From Rhina ancylostomus (lineage: Eukaryota), in contig JARFYF010000001.1 of the NCBI GenBank assembly GCA_030265395.1, positions 110,071,632-110,135,631 on the forward strand: a stretch of 64,000 bases of DNA. The letters are read 5' to 3'. Made by a program: the position numbers and the translations under genes. This document shows, in pieces, positions 39,411-52,700 of this stretch. The number at the start of each line of letters is the position of its first letter. The stretch's first letter is position 1. The notes below the pieces were generated by a model that saw nothing but the letters and a program-made list of their open reading frames with translations, was not told the origin of the DNA and ran no database searches.

Positions 39411-42400
39411 GATAATTTTGACTGGTTGGATTCTGGGCAGCTCTTCTTGGTTTGGATGGGAGCACTGCATTGTGCCCACTCAACTTCTCAGCCAGGGAGG
39501 CTAAATAGTATTAAAAGATCAAACAAGGAGAAAGGGAAGAAATCTGCTAAGAAGGTAGGGTTGTGGAAAGGCATAGAAATATGTAGACATATTAGATGAT
39601 TACATGTCAGAATAGGGGTGGAATATTTTGCACCCAATTACTTATAGTGCAGAATAATGTATAGAAAGGTTATGTATTCATTTGCTTTTCAATTATCACC
39701 ACACAAAGCCAGAATTAAAGAAAGGGTCATGTTAATCTTCACAGGTGTCTATTTCAAACTAACCAGAGATTCAATTTTCTTTTCATTGTAAATGGTTCTA
39801 TATTTTTAGGTCTTGATTTTGTAATTACTGTGTTTTACTTTTGTGAGTTCCTTTATCAGTTATTTCTGAAGAGTACAACGATGGATTTGCGAAGTGCAAC
39901 TGCAGATGTAACACATTTCTTCATATTTTCATCTTCTTCATGTGAACGAGAACAAAATACTATTGTGGAGAGAATGAATCTTGCTGGTTCCTAGTACCTT
40001 TTGCAACTGATGTACTGTACAAATATATGCTTTCTGTTGCTTTTTCTACCCAAACAGCCTTGAACCACTTAAAGTAATTAAATGAACCCTTAGCACTTGT
40101 CATTTTCCCTTTTCACTATGTTGCAAAATCAGATTATGTTCTTCATACATATGCAGGGTCTTGGCTCTTGCCGCTCTTTCTAATGAGCTCTTACTTAATC
40201 AACAGGACAATGTCCTCCTTTTCCTTTTGTCCGCACCCGTAGGAAAAGCTGGTGGTGAAAAGCGTGAACAGAGGCAGCATTTCTTGCCAAAATATTAAAG
40301 TATGCTTTAGATGAATCCTGGTTGGTCATGCATTGTTCCTTAGAAATGTGTAAAACAAATTGGATTAATGGTATTCACTTAAGCAGCAAATTGTGAATAG
40401 CAATTAAGCTGACAGAAGTTAAAGCTGCATGCATGCTGATTATTGAACATTAGTTCATACTTTCAACAACTTGTGTTTAAGGTGTTTTCTGTAACACAAT
40501 GGCTAATTGATTGAATTTTAATTATCAAGTGTTTTAACCTTCAGCAGTATATCAATTTTGAGACTTCACAACTTCTTAGGCCTGTATCAGAGCACAGATA
40601 AGGTACATATCCTTTATGTTGTAGGCAGCATTGTTTTACCAATCATCAGCAATGTTTTGGTCATTTTAGAATGTAGGTCAGAGCTAAAGGATTAATGATA
40701 GCATTGCCTTTTCTCTGTATCAGAGCACATTTGTTGTAATTAATCAGGACATTGGGTTGTATGCAGAAGGTCAGGTCATTCGCTTAGGAGCAGTCTGGAT
40801 TTTGAACAAAAGCAGCTGCATATGTCCCTCAGTGCCTTTTTAGAGCCACCAGTTGAACTGGTCAGATGTGCTCAGCTGCAGGCTTTTGCCATGGGCAATG
40901 GTTTCCTTCAGTATGTCGCTGCATGAGTTTGAACCTGCTGCACTAAAGCCGATGTGACTGATGTTACACTGTCTTAGGGAAAGAACAGGGCTCCATGTGT
41001 CAGGCAAAGCTGGATTTAGGGGAATTATAGCAAGATCCTTTCATCCCTCTGTTAGGTGGAAGCTCTGTGATGGGCATTTTGATACTGCAGATATCAAGGT
41101 ACAGGCTGGTAAAATGATACCTCACCTTTTTTTGTGTTTATGCTCTATGTCAGCAAGACTGTGCACATGGGATTTGATTTCAACCCTAAATTTACTCACA
41201 TAAACAAAATGCATTGATAAATAAACAATGGTTTGACACCTATTTAGTAAATTGACAATTTGACACCAGAATCAAGATTCTAAACTTCCTGGTCGTTGTT
41301 CTTCACTTTTCTGTTTCTTTGGCGATACATGCTTAAATGTTTTAATGAGGTGTGTCTTACCATCATCAGCCTGTGACACCAGTCACAGCATGAAGTCACA
41401 TTGGGTCCAAACAACTTCTCACCCTTCTATTCTTCATAATATGGAAGTGGAAGGTACTCAAGGACTCTGTTCATTAGAAATTGAACTCTTCCCTTCTCTT
41501 TCAAATTTTTACTGACATGTTTCCCATCTCCATCACTTCCTAATGATTATTTTTTGGGTACAGTCTGAAGTTGTGATATTGGAATCTTCTGGTTGACCTT
41601 AAGAATACCAGCTTAATGTAACAGATTGAATCTGACTGAACAGGGCTTGGATGTACTTTTTCACTTGTCTTTCTGTGGATGCTGTTAATATTTATAAGTT
41701 ATAGGAGATGTGGGCAATATTTTTTAAAGTGAACACTTGATTTCACACTACAATTTGCACTTTATTTTAACTATTTATATTTCACCTTGTCTTCTAAGTA
41801 GTTCTGGGATGACACTGTGCATCAGCCTCCGATTTTACATCTTGGTTGATTTCCTTTTCCAAACTTTTTTTTAGTGGTAGGTACACAATTCCTTCCAGAA
41901 CCTCCTAGATCTAGTCACATCCCAACAATTCTTTCTGAGGGAAATTCTAAATTGTCTGGAACTTGCTTTATGAAGAGTCAAGGTTATGACACATTCCATA
42001 TAATTCCAAGTTCCTTGTTTTCCTTTGTCACAAAGTTTTAATATCGGTGGATGAAGTGGACACCCATGCTCTGCCCATGGATACTTGGTGGACCAATGGT
42101 CCTAAAAGGGATAGTTGTATGTTGCTCTCAAACACATGGAATAGTTGAGACACTATCCTGGCGTCCAGTGGATTCTGAATTCTCCTGACCCCACCAAATT
42201 TTTCCACCAACCCCTGCAATTGTTGCTCTCCCACAACTTCCAATATCCAGCTTGAACATTCCAATTTTAAGATGAAGTTAGTTATAAATCTACAGTAATA
42301 TATTCTATGAAGCCTCCAATTTTTAATCCACGTACAGCATAGGATAAAAGATGCTATTTACCAAAGATGATTCTCAATCCTTTTGCAAATTCAGAGTTTG

Positions 42401-43429
42401 CTACAGTGAAGAGTGGCCGGAGTGAGTTAATGGTTAGGCCTCAATTAAATGAGGTTGAGGAGCTGTGAACACACACAGGCTGCCTACAGCTCCCCGAACA
42501 CACTGGAAGTTGGAGGTTGAGGGACAGAAACAATTGCAAGGGATTGCACAAAAGAATCGACAGCATGTTACAAAGGATCCAGTATAAAGTACACATAAAA
42601 TGGACTGTAGTATATCTTAAGTAATATGCTAGCAGGTCTGGACTTCATGGCTCGTATAAAGCCTATGATACCCAAATAGTGTTTAGGGGCACGCACAGCA
42701 CTCCAAGCAGGTAATTGCTTCATTTCCCCTCCTCCCATGTTCAACTCNNNNNNNNNNNNNNCCCTGCAAGACTTTGTCTAAAATCCCTCTTTTCTACACA
42801 CTCCAATCAAGCTGTGATTAATACTACTTCAGTTTCTCTCCATCTCCCACTGAGAGAGAAAGGCAATACCGAGCCTCCCATTCTTTTCTTGCTTCAAAAC
42901 CTTTATAGGTTACAGGGCAATTTAATAATGTCGCTGATGTGATAGTGCTGACTAGTAATGGTTTTTGGGGGAGGGACAACATTGTCAACCACAAGTAGAG
43001 GTTACCTGAAGTTGGGAAGGAGTGCAAGCAAATCTGAGGTGAAGAAAAAAGAGAATTTGGGACAAAGATAACCAAAGAATCCTAACTGTGTATGCAGAAA
43101 AATTAAAAGCCTAAGCAAGGGGATGAAGTTAAATCCAAACAATTAGCCTTCAGGTGAGCTCAACTCATTTTGCTTGCTTAAATATATCTTCCTACGTGCT
43201 GGTTGATTAATAATAAATCAGTGCTGGTGACTCAATTTTTGAAATTCCACCAATCAATTAAATCCCATCATTCAAACAAATCTGTGAGATTTAAGCATAA
43301 GTGTTCCACTAAGTTGTCCTTAACCATCACTCCCATTGATTTTTCAAATTATTTGATTGTTTAAATAGGAGTTTTCTTTTGGAAATCTATATGGCTTTTA
43401 AAACTATAATCTCTGTTTCAACATATTGG

Positions 43430-43930
43430 TTACCTTATTCTGGTCCTCTCTTCCATCTCTACCAACATACCACCCTTCTCATGACACCCTCTATGCAACC
43501 TCAGGGGATGCAACAACTACCATTTAACCCCCTCCCTCCCATCAGCCAGGGTCCCAAATGAAGCAGCAATTTAATTCTACTTCTTCCAATTTGGCATTCT
43601 GCATTTAATGATCATGATGTGGTCTCCTCTACTCTGGGCAACCAAAATGCAGATTGGGTGATGACTTTACAGAACATTTTCCATTCAGTTCACAAGAACA
43701 ACTTTCAGCTTGCCACTTTAATTCTCCATCCCATTCCCATAATGACGTCTGCCTATTTGTCCTCCTATGCAGTTCCAATGAAGCTCCAAGAACAGCAGAA
43801 CATCTTCTGACAAAGCACATTACAGCCTTCAGGACTCAACACCAAATTCAGCAATTTCAGATAATTGGTCTTGTACCTCATGTTCCCACAATTTGTTTTT
43901 CTTCTTTGTTCTCCTAGTATTTCAGCTTCC
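43430..43930 (+). mobile_element. Penelope-like element GIY-YIG endonuclease remnant
   Basis: From ~43618: CGLLYSGQPKCRLGDDFTEHF, then CHFNSPSHSHND...NEA and LQPSGLNTKFSNFR*, matching the Penelope pattern CGLLYIGET.RRLGDRF.EH...HFN...LQP.GLN. Confidence 0.8.
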
Positions 43931-45789
43931 ATTTATCTACCTCTGTTTAGACCTCCTCCAGACACAATTTTACTTCTTTCCCTCAGTTGGCATGACCCAC
44001 TGTGTGTCATTCACTACCTCCTGGTGGATCGACATGGAAGCAGGCATGTCTTCTGTAACACTCAGCTTGGTGACATTTGCAGGTCTCCAGCACAGCTCGT
44101 AAGCTGTGATCAATTAGTATCCAGTTAGGTTCTATGACAAAACTTATTGGATTGATTTTATCTATATCAATGCCCTGTGTACCTGTCCCTGCAAATATGA
44201 ATGCTGCACATATTAGTTCCAGAGAACGCAGCTGCCACATTTACAAAGATACTGATTCATGATGACCTAATCAATCTACCATTAATCTTTTTCTAGCCTG
44301 GAAGACCATCTTGGACCTATGAAGCTTTTCACTGATCATGCCTCAAGCCTAGATGACTAATGGTATTATGTTTGGAAGCACTGCAATATTCTCTACAATA
44401 TTCTTGGTTTAAGCCTTTGCTGTAAACAATAGACCATCGTCAACCATTTCAGAACCCATCATGTTAAATATTACCATCATCTCTGATGATGAAAGATTAG
44501 AGCATGGAATATCATTGAACACGGTCCCCGGGGGGAAATTTGCAGGTAGCCGACACTATATCTATCCTATTAGACTGGAAGCTCTGACCTGGATATCTGA
44601 TTGAACATTGATATTTAATTTGTTTTGTTACTCCCACATAAAAGCCTGTCTATGTGCTATGTTGTTGGCTTGTAATTTTTATAACTCAGATTGCATTTGC
44701 TCCCTTTTCTGATTCTTGCACCATCAATCAGCAGTGTTTAATCAGGTGGTTTCAAAAATATTGGCCTGGATGTTATGGTTGTCAGGACAGTGGAACTGTT
44801 AACATTCATTGTTGCATCAAGGGGCTGCCAGCAACTCCTGCAATATGCACAGGCACAGTTAAACACAGCAACCCAGAAACTGTCAGCAAAGATTCCCTCC
44901 CCCTCCATGTGATCTGCAATTTTGCAACCTTCTCCAAAATTAGTTTAAAACTTAGTTATCAGATGAAATTCCATGCTTTGCTAACTCTTCTCACCATAAG
45001 CTACACCCCTCCTTTTGACTAAAATTGTTGTGTTTTATTTCATGAGGCGTGTCAGTTCTTAATGGTTTACTTTGCTGTAATTACTGCTTAACAGTCTCCT
45101 GTGTTCTAAAAAGCTAATATGTATGTGGATAGTTTTCTATCCCTCAGAATAGTTATACAATGTAATGGATATTAAATATTGCTTAATCTTTATTCATGAT
45201 ATTACTACTTCTGTGTTCAGCTGCCATTTTATGTCATTTGGTTTAAAATATGAATTAACATTTGTATATTTTATTTCCTGGTTTGTTGGCTCTGAGAATT
45301 CTTCAGTGTGTTTGGTTAAATTGCCTGTTTGATAATGTTGTGTTGGATTCCAAAGAACTTGTCCTTGACACCTGAGATCAAGAAAAGGAGAGTCAATGCT
45401 GTTGAAGCTTTGTGGATTACTCTTTCCAAATGAAATCACTTCACTACCAACTCCAAGCTTGCACTTTAAAGGGTGTTTCACTGAAACAGAATGTACCTTA
45501 ATAATTTATAAACTCAGTGCTGTTCATACACTTGCTAACAATTCATTATGGTGAATACCCTCTGTTGCATTTCACCTTCCTCTGGTTACAACTAATGTAT
45601 CTTTCTCCCTTCATTTTTAGTTATTCTAGCTGGTTTGTGTGTAACTCAGGTTGATGCAAGTCCTTTACAGCTTGTTGCTGTTGTTTCTTTCCAGTTACCC
45701 TAATCCATATTGCTATGCAAGTTTATTTCTTTTTTTCGATATACATTGCAGATAGCTAAAATAACAGTCTTGGGGAATGTTGCTTGAAA

Positions 45790-46750
45790 CCTAACTGCTT
45801 GATCTCCATACTAATGTGTCAGCTTTGTCTCAGTGCCCTGGGTCAGGATTCAAGACTTGCAGACATGATCTAGTCACTTCTGCACTGTATTAAGGGAGAG
45901 CTGTATTGTCAGAGGTGCTGTCTTCCAGAAAAGATATTAATCCACTGTCACTTTTACTCTCTTGTATGGAAGCTAAGCTAGAGTTCTATCTGAGGAAGAG
46001 TAAGTGATATCACCCATGTCCCAGTCTGCATTTAATGTGCAGCTAACATTTAAAATATATAACCAGAATAAATGACCAGATTACCTGGAGCGCAGGAGAA
46101 TATTATAGAGGTATACAAAATTATGAGGGGTATAGATAGGGTGAATGTATACAGGCTTTTTCCCCTCAGGTTGGGTGAGACTAGAACTAGAGGTCATAGG
46201 TTTAGGGTGAAAGGTGAAATATATAAGGGAAATCTGAGGGGAAACTTCTTCACTCAGNNNNNNNNNNNNNNNNNNNNNNNNNNNNNNNNNNNNNNNNNNN
46301 NNNNNNNNNNNNNNNNNNNNNNNNNNNNNNNNNNNNNNNNNNNNNNNNNNNNNNNNNCTAGAACTAGAGAACATAGGTTTAGGGTGAAAGGTGAAATATA
46401 TAAGGGGAATCCAAGGAGGACCTTCTTCACTCAGAGGGTAGTGTGAGTGTGGAACAAACTTCCAGCAGAAATGGTAGATGGTGGTTCAATTGTAACATCT
46501 GAGAGAGGTTTGGATAGGTACATGGATGGGAGGGGTTTGGAGGGATATGGTCCGGAAGCAGGTAGATGGGACTAGGCAGAAGATTAAGTCGGCATGGACT
46601 AGATGGGCCAAAGGTCCTGTTTTTGTGCTATAGTACTCCATTATGTGAGCTTGCTGTGTGAAAATTGACTGTGATGTTTCTTAAACTGGTTGTGAAGAAC
46701 TTGGGACATCTTAGATTATGAAATACTTTTACAAATGCAAGTCATTCTTT
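45790..46750 (+). mobile_element. Deu-SINE (SacSINE1-like) split by a CR1 insertion
   Basis: 5' part gggagagctgtattgtcagaggtgctgtcttccagaaaagatattaa (Deu domain). 3' part resumes at ~46642: gagcttgctgtgtgaaaattgactg...ttgggacatc...aaatgcaagtcattcttt. Confidence 0.6.
46090..46640 (+). mobile_element. CR1/HER1 LINE 3' end
   Basis: IIEVYKIMRGIDRVN...LFPLRLGETRTRGHRFRVKG...FFTQRVV, plus 3' UTR gatgggccaaaggtcctg. Confidence 0.9.
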
Positions 46751-48169
46751 TATAATATTAACTGAAGAGTTAACTTTAGCAATGAAGAAAATGCAATTTC
46801 ATATATGCTTATTTTTCAAATGGCATGGTTAAAAGAATGGTGTAGTTAAAGGAACCAGAAATAATGCAATATTAGATTTGGGTAAAGGTTTGAATCTGTT
46901 TTAATTAACTTGAATTTATGAACTAGAATTGCAGTAATTCAAGGCAAAAAAATTAACATAGATATATGATACATGTATCAGATGTATCAGTAAGAAAGGA
47001 TTAAAATAACAAGAAAGATCTGCTGTTCATTTATTAGCACAGTGACCAATAATGTCAGGCCTGCACTCAGATTCATAAAAAAACAAAGGGAAAACAGATT
47101 ATCACAGAGTGCAAACATTAATGGATTAAACCAGCAAGTCATGAATTAGGTTGAAAGCACATACTTTATTATCAAACCTTTTACATTAAAATTGTTTTAA
47201 ATTCCCACATTTTTACTATCTGTTTTTAAGCAGGTTCTTGGTAGGTAAGAGCCCATTCTGCAGGCTTCTTTGCTTCCAAGACTGCTGCAGGAATCTTATT
47301 CAGGAAGTAACAAGGTGAAAACATGAATACACATTTAGGCAAGGTTAATGTTAAATTAACCTAAGGGTTAACGTGTAGGTTTATATTATTCAATGTATGT
47401 ATCACAAATAAATGTCTTAGTATTTCTGGGCATTAAGATCATTTGGACTTATTGGCATTTGACCTTGTTCATGGGGTACAGGAGCTGGATGGGTGGGGTG
47501 GAATGGGGTGCAGAATAGGTTCCAAAAACTAAATGGCCATTTTGTGTTGTGCCATGAATTGCAGACTGGGAAATTTAAAATACTAAATTTTAAAAAATGT
47601 TACAGGATTTCCACGCTGGAAGCATCACTGGGAGTATAATGCCAATGCTAAAACAAGCCCAATTGCACTATCAAAATATCGGCCAAAAATCTAAAAGATC
47701 AATTCAATGCAAAATAGACATAGAAAAGTTTTATTAAGTGCCGTATTCTTATTTCTGGGAAGAATAGAGCAAATAACTAATTTTATAAAAGACAACCAAT
47801 CTCTCCTACTCCCCCATCTTCTATTCTGTCAACTACACTTCCACAAAGCCAACAACATCTATACTATCACTGCAGGGCTCGGCCTTCTGTTCCACTGTTC
47901 CACTAAGTTACAAAGATCACTGAAGAAAGAATATCTTAAAAATGAAACAGAGAACCTAGTTGTATGATTTTGCCTAGTGAAGGAAGCACAAACAATTTAT
48001 GAGCCTCTTTAAAGGAATACTCAGCAAATGACTGGTAATAATCATAAGTATAAATTGCTGCATTTAGTGGAGCTCCCTATATAGATAGTAATAATTATGA
48101 AATGCTGTCATGGAAATTCAATGCCTTGAATTTCTCCCTCCATAAATGCTACCTAACCTGCTGATTACT

Positions 48170-48171
<2 letters not shown>

Positions 48172-48204
<33 letters not shown>
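48172..48204 (+). repeat. (GT)n microsatellite
   Basis: Direct reading. Confidence 0.9.
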
Positions 48205-48205
<1 letters not shown>

Positions 48206-49989
48206 TACTTGCCAGTTTATGGTGGCAATGTTTACAGTGCACATCTCTAACATGGTTCCAACTTCACAGATGATTGATTATCGTTTACAGGTCGATTATT
48301 TACTTTGAAAATCCTAAATCACTTCCTCATTTCATTAAATTCTTTGACTAAATATTTGAGACTTTTACATAAAAAAAAGAAACCTTTTGATGGAATGAAG
48401 TGTGGGTTATCCTTGACTATAACAGGCAGTGTAGGCAAATAGACTATTTAAATGTTCTAGTGATTGTACAGGAGCAATCTGGGACATGTAGATAATAAAT
48501 CAAAACTGCAACGGTGACACCAGTCAAATGGAATTTTTCATCAGAGCATATTGAAAGTATCCTATGGAGCTAAAACCACAGAACCATACATGGAAAATTA
48601 ATTTTCAGAACATGTACTTACATGTGGCCTTAGTTATGCTATTGGTAACTATGTAAGAAGCAAAAGTGAGGCATGATCATACTTATAATCTAGTGCAAAA
48701 TCCTAAGAAAATACTGTTTATATTGAGGTTGCATAGCCACTTCCAATAAATAAACAATTTGAAATATTAAAGGGAGATTTCATGAAGTCAAAGTGGGAAA
48801 AATATATATTCAGTTTAAAAACAAAACTTCCTCATGTTCATTACTAATTCTAATGTTTCCTGTTTAAAGAGCAAATCCTAATCGTATTGGCTTCTAGTGG
48901 GAGTTCTTAAAAATACTTCAGATGAACATTCCTTTCTTTGCAATTCAACAGGTTGTTGCTCCAGAATATTTGTCCAAGTGAAGAATATCATAGTAATAAT
49001 TCAAAGTTATGTAGTTTGAGTAAATTCGCTGAGAAGACTGAAGTGGAAAGGCCCAGTCTTTTAGACTTGCCAGGAACATCTCTTAGATGCTAATTGGCTA
49101 AAATGTGGGTATACAGGGTTAAAAAAAACAATGATGGGAAGCAGAGGAGGGTTGATAGTTACCACAGAGGAGAGCCCTTGACATAAAGAATAGTTGAAGA
49201 ATGAAAGAAAGAAATATGCAAGGCCAACTGTACATAGTTTTCATGGATAAATGTATGGAATCCTGAAATTTAATCTCCAAAACAGGAAATATTTTGAAAT
49301 ACCATGTAATAAAATGGAATTTGACATTTTTGCTCAATATAAATAGAAGGATTCAATAGATAGATTCAAATCTCAAAACACTACTAAAGATTCAGGAACG
49401 CCCTTGAATAAAAATAGGACCTGATTCATTCAGTTCAAATCAGTGAAAGAGAATTTAAAACAAAATCTTGGGAATCAATATATTCTTAAATTTTCATCAT
49501 ATAAGAAAACNNNNNNNNNNNNNNNNNNNNNNNNNNNNNNNNNNNNNNNNNNNNNNNNNNNNNNNNNNNNNNNNNNNNNNNNNNNNNNNNNNNNNNNNNN
49601 NNNNNNNNNNTTGAAACTTGCTGGGTTCAAAATAAAAATTTCTTCCTCATTGTTCCTCCCCCCCTTCTCTTCTTCCCCCCCCCCACCCCCATCTCCCTAC
49701 AGCCATACAGGTCCACAACCTTGATTCTGTGTCAAATGGGAAAAGCTTTTTTTTGTCTATCAAGAACCTTTAGGTCCTTTTGTTCCTGCAGACTCTTCAG
49801 AATTGTGCCATTGTTTATATTGGCTTTCCCTTTCTGCCAAAATGCATCACCTCACACTCTATTTACTATGTCTCACTGTTTTCTTTCAAACTCTTTTTTT
49901 TAATCATGTCCATGAGTCTCAGTTGTGTCAGTCAGCCTTTTATGTGGTACTTTGTTAAACACTTTCTTAAAATCCATCAAATCTTTTGG

Positions 49990-51400
49990 GGTCAGGGATG
50001 ATCTGCTTCCACTTAGTTCATTGGGTCCTCATTTAGTTGATGAGGCCACTGGTGTTCTTACAAACCCTAGCACAGGTTTGACAAATGGGTAGTTTGCGAG
50101 GTGTTCTCTTTCTTCCATTTACACTGGGCTTCTGTGTATCCCCAACAAATGGATTCAAGGCTCTCAATGCCATCCTGAATGGTAGTTCTCCTTTTTGACC
50201 AATCAAGGGCCAGGGAGTCATTCGAGTGTACTCTATCAATGAGGCTTCGAGCCTATCCTTGAATTGTTTTATCTGTCTCTGTGGCAGTCTCTTGCAATGA
50301 CGGTCAATTGAATGTAACTAGAAACTGGATGTTGGTCTGTGAGAGGACATTGAAATTTGTTGTTTGCCTGCTGGTGTATTTGGAGGAATTTGCAGATGCA
50401 GAATTAATAGAACTTCCTCAGTGCATGCATCAGGGTTAAGATAGTCCATGTCTCAGAAGTGTGCAGGAGGGAAGGGATCATTGTTGCCCACTGGACCATG
50501 AACATTGTGCTAAGTTTGAGGTCACGATCTTCAAACACTTTGTTTCTTCAAATAGCGAAAGGATGCACTGGTGTGCTAAAGGCAGTGGTGAATTTCAATA
50601 TCTTCATTGATACTACCTCCAAGATATGGAAAATAGCTGCACATAAATGAAAGAGATTCTGCAGATGCTGGAATCTGGAGCAACACACACAAAATGTTGG
50701 AAGAACTCAGCAGTCCCTCCAGCATTTTGTGTGTGCGTGGAAAATAGTTCACGTTTTCCAGGATCTCAGTGTGGACCTTTATTGGTAGATAGTGTGGTAG
50801 AGCAGAGGTGGGTTGGATAGGGAGTTACATTTTGTGGATTAGAGGCCTGTTCTCTCACGCATTTCATTAGATGAGTTGAATGATTTGAAGCTTGGCTTCT
50901 AAATGTGCATGTGTGCGTGCTGTCTGCATACTGCAGCTTGAAGGCTAAAACTTAGGTGGCCTTGGTTCTGATGTGGAAGTGACACAAGTTGAACAATTTT
51001 CATTGGTCCTGTAGAGTAGCTTCACTCCAGCAGGAAGTGATCTTTGTGACAAAAGTTGAAAAAATATTATTGGGGCAATGACGCTGCCATCCTTGACTCC
51101 GGTCTTGTTGGGATTGGATCTGTTGTGGCTCCATTGGTTAAGATCACAATTTGTATGCCATTGTGTTGCAGACGTAAGACGAAAATTAATTTCTGGTGAC
51201 ATTCAGATTTAAGAAGGGTCTTCCACATTCTCTGTCAATCAATGTCGTTTGCTTTTATGTGACTGGATGGGCTGGTTAATTGATTTCTAGGCAGTATTTA
51301 TATATTTGCCTTTCAATGTTTATGAATGAGGCTTTTCGCCTTGTTGCTGGTCGTCACCAAGAGGAGAAAGAGGAGTGGTTGAATTGGAAGTTCCCTTTGA
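49990..51400 (-). mobile_element. RTE-clade LINE RT and C-terminal remnant
   Basis: Minus ORF 50945-51202 has KTGVKDGSVIAPIIF...LPAGVKLLYRTN; ORF 50033-50239 has CQTCARVC...GLINH-like zinc-finger end. Same family as 2730-3900. Confidence 0.75.
50637..50737. mobile_element. Internally collapsed palindromic Penelope-derived element inserted in the RTE, 10-bp TSD
   Basis: tggaaaatag at 50627-50636 and 50738-50747. Hairpin cacacacaaaatgttgga / tccagcattttgtgtgtg. Confidence 0.7.
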
Positions 51401-51864
51401 GCACAAAGAGTGGTCTGCAAGCAGTCCTTTGTTGCCACAGAATTTTACTGAAGCTTTATTTTAATTATGTCTCCAACTAAATGAATCTGTTAGCCATATT
51501 TTAAAGATTTCATTGCACTGGTTCAATGACTATGTACTGATAAGTAATGAAAGAATTTTTATTTTGGATAATGCTTAAGTTTTTCATTTGTTACAAAATA
51601 GTTTTAGCAAGTGAAAAATAAGTCTTAGTATAAAAATGAGAAGCTAATCCATGAGAAGAGCCAGGTTCAGATAGAGGCAAAGTAAAAATGTAAATTACCA
51701 TTGATGATGGATAAGAAGAACTGCACTGATATTTCTAAAAGCATGAGTGACTTTGCTTTCTGATTTGTTTATTCAGCATTGCTTGTGAACCTCTACTTAT
51801 CATCATCCTAAGCTGCTTGGAAAAGTTTTTGCCCGGGTATTGGTAGTTTTTTTTTATTCCACAG

Positions 51865-51965
51865 GAATTATAAAACAAGATCCCGTGTTGCCTCATGAAG
51901 AGCCTCTTCCTCCACCCCCTCCACGTGCAAAGAATGCTATGTTTGAAGACGAGGAAAAATCAAAG
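51865..51965 (+). CDS. GGA1/GGA2: Internal coding exon of an ADP-ribosylation factor-binding GGA adaptor (GGA1- or GGA2-like): end of VHS domain, linker and start of GAT domain
   Basis: Acceptor tttttttttattccacAG and donor AAG|GTaatt. The 101 nt (phase 1 in, phase 0 out) read (G)IIKQDPVLPHEEPLPPPPPRAKNAMFEDEEKSK, matching the GGA segment G-I-[IV]-K-x-D-P...PPPR-x-KN-x-x-FEDEEKSK. IIKQDP is GGA2-like; FEDEEKSK and the exon length are GGA1-like. Paralogue not resolved. Too short for the ORF track. Confidence 0.93.
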
Positions 51966-52514
51966 GTAATTTGTTGATTCCTGTAGCATTGTCCATAGGG
52001 AGACAAGGCCAAATGTAGACTTCGAGTGAAGTAAGCTAGGAAGGCACTGACCAGATATATCATTTTTCATATTTACTGCAGTGATTTTATATTTATAAGG
52101 TAAATAGCTAAATGAACGGCATAGGAAGCAGAGAAGTACAGTGTATTGTAGAAATGTGTGCAGGTATAAGATTTTTTTAAATATATAGGCCAGCATTATG
52201 AAATTATGTCAAGAACCAAAATTTGAGGCAACCACTAGTTTTTGATGTGTAATAAAATAAAATTTAACCTTGTTTACAAAGCTTCCAGTATTTTTGCTGC
52301 TGTTTGGGTGCTCTTTATATTGCCTTGGGAACTGACAGGTCTGTAGGTTTGTCTACAATCCATAGAGGAAGATGGGATCATTTTAAAGGATCTAAATCTT
52401 GAGATAAGATAATAGCTTTGGAATTGTTCTTATCTATTTAATACTTGTTTTCCAGTAGTGAGTGCCAGATGAACAGATATTCCATGTGCCAAATTGCATA
52501 GAGGAGGGAAAAGT

Positions 52515-52700
52515 AGAAAATATTGCATTTGTATAACACTTTTCACAACCTTGGGACATCCAAAAGCAAGTATTTTGGAAGTGTCATATCTGATGTAATG
52601 GAGAAACTTCATAATTGCAGCCCACTTATTACTGCATTTATCTGAATTTGTTAAGGTTTGAAATGCATTCTCAATGAAGTATATAGTATTATTGGTTTCA
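52515..52700 (-). mobile_element. Deu-SINE or L2-type 3' tail fragment
   Basis: ttgcatttgtataacacttttcacaaccttgggacatccaaaagc is reverse-similar to the SINE tail at ~46700-46750. Confidence 0.45.

Noticed and set aside
42028-42264. 78-aa minus-strand ORF in moderately GC-rich sequence
   Set aside because: No recognisable domain or convincing splice sites in any frame; possibly an unclassified TE remnant.
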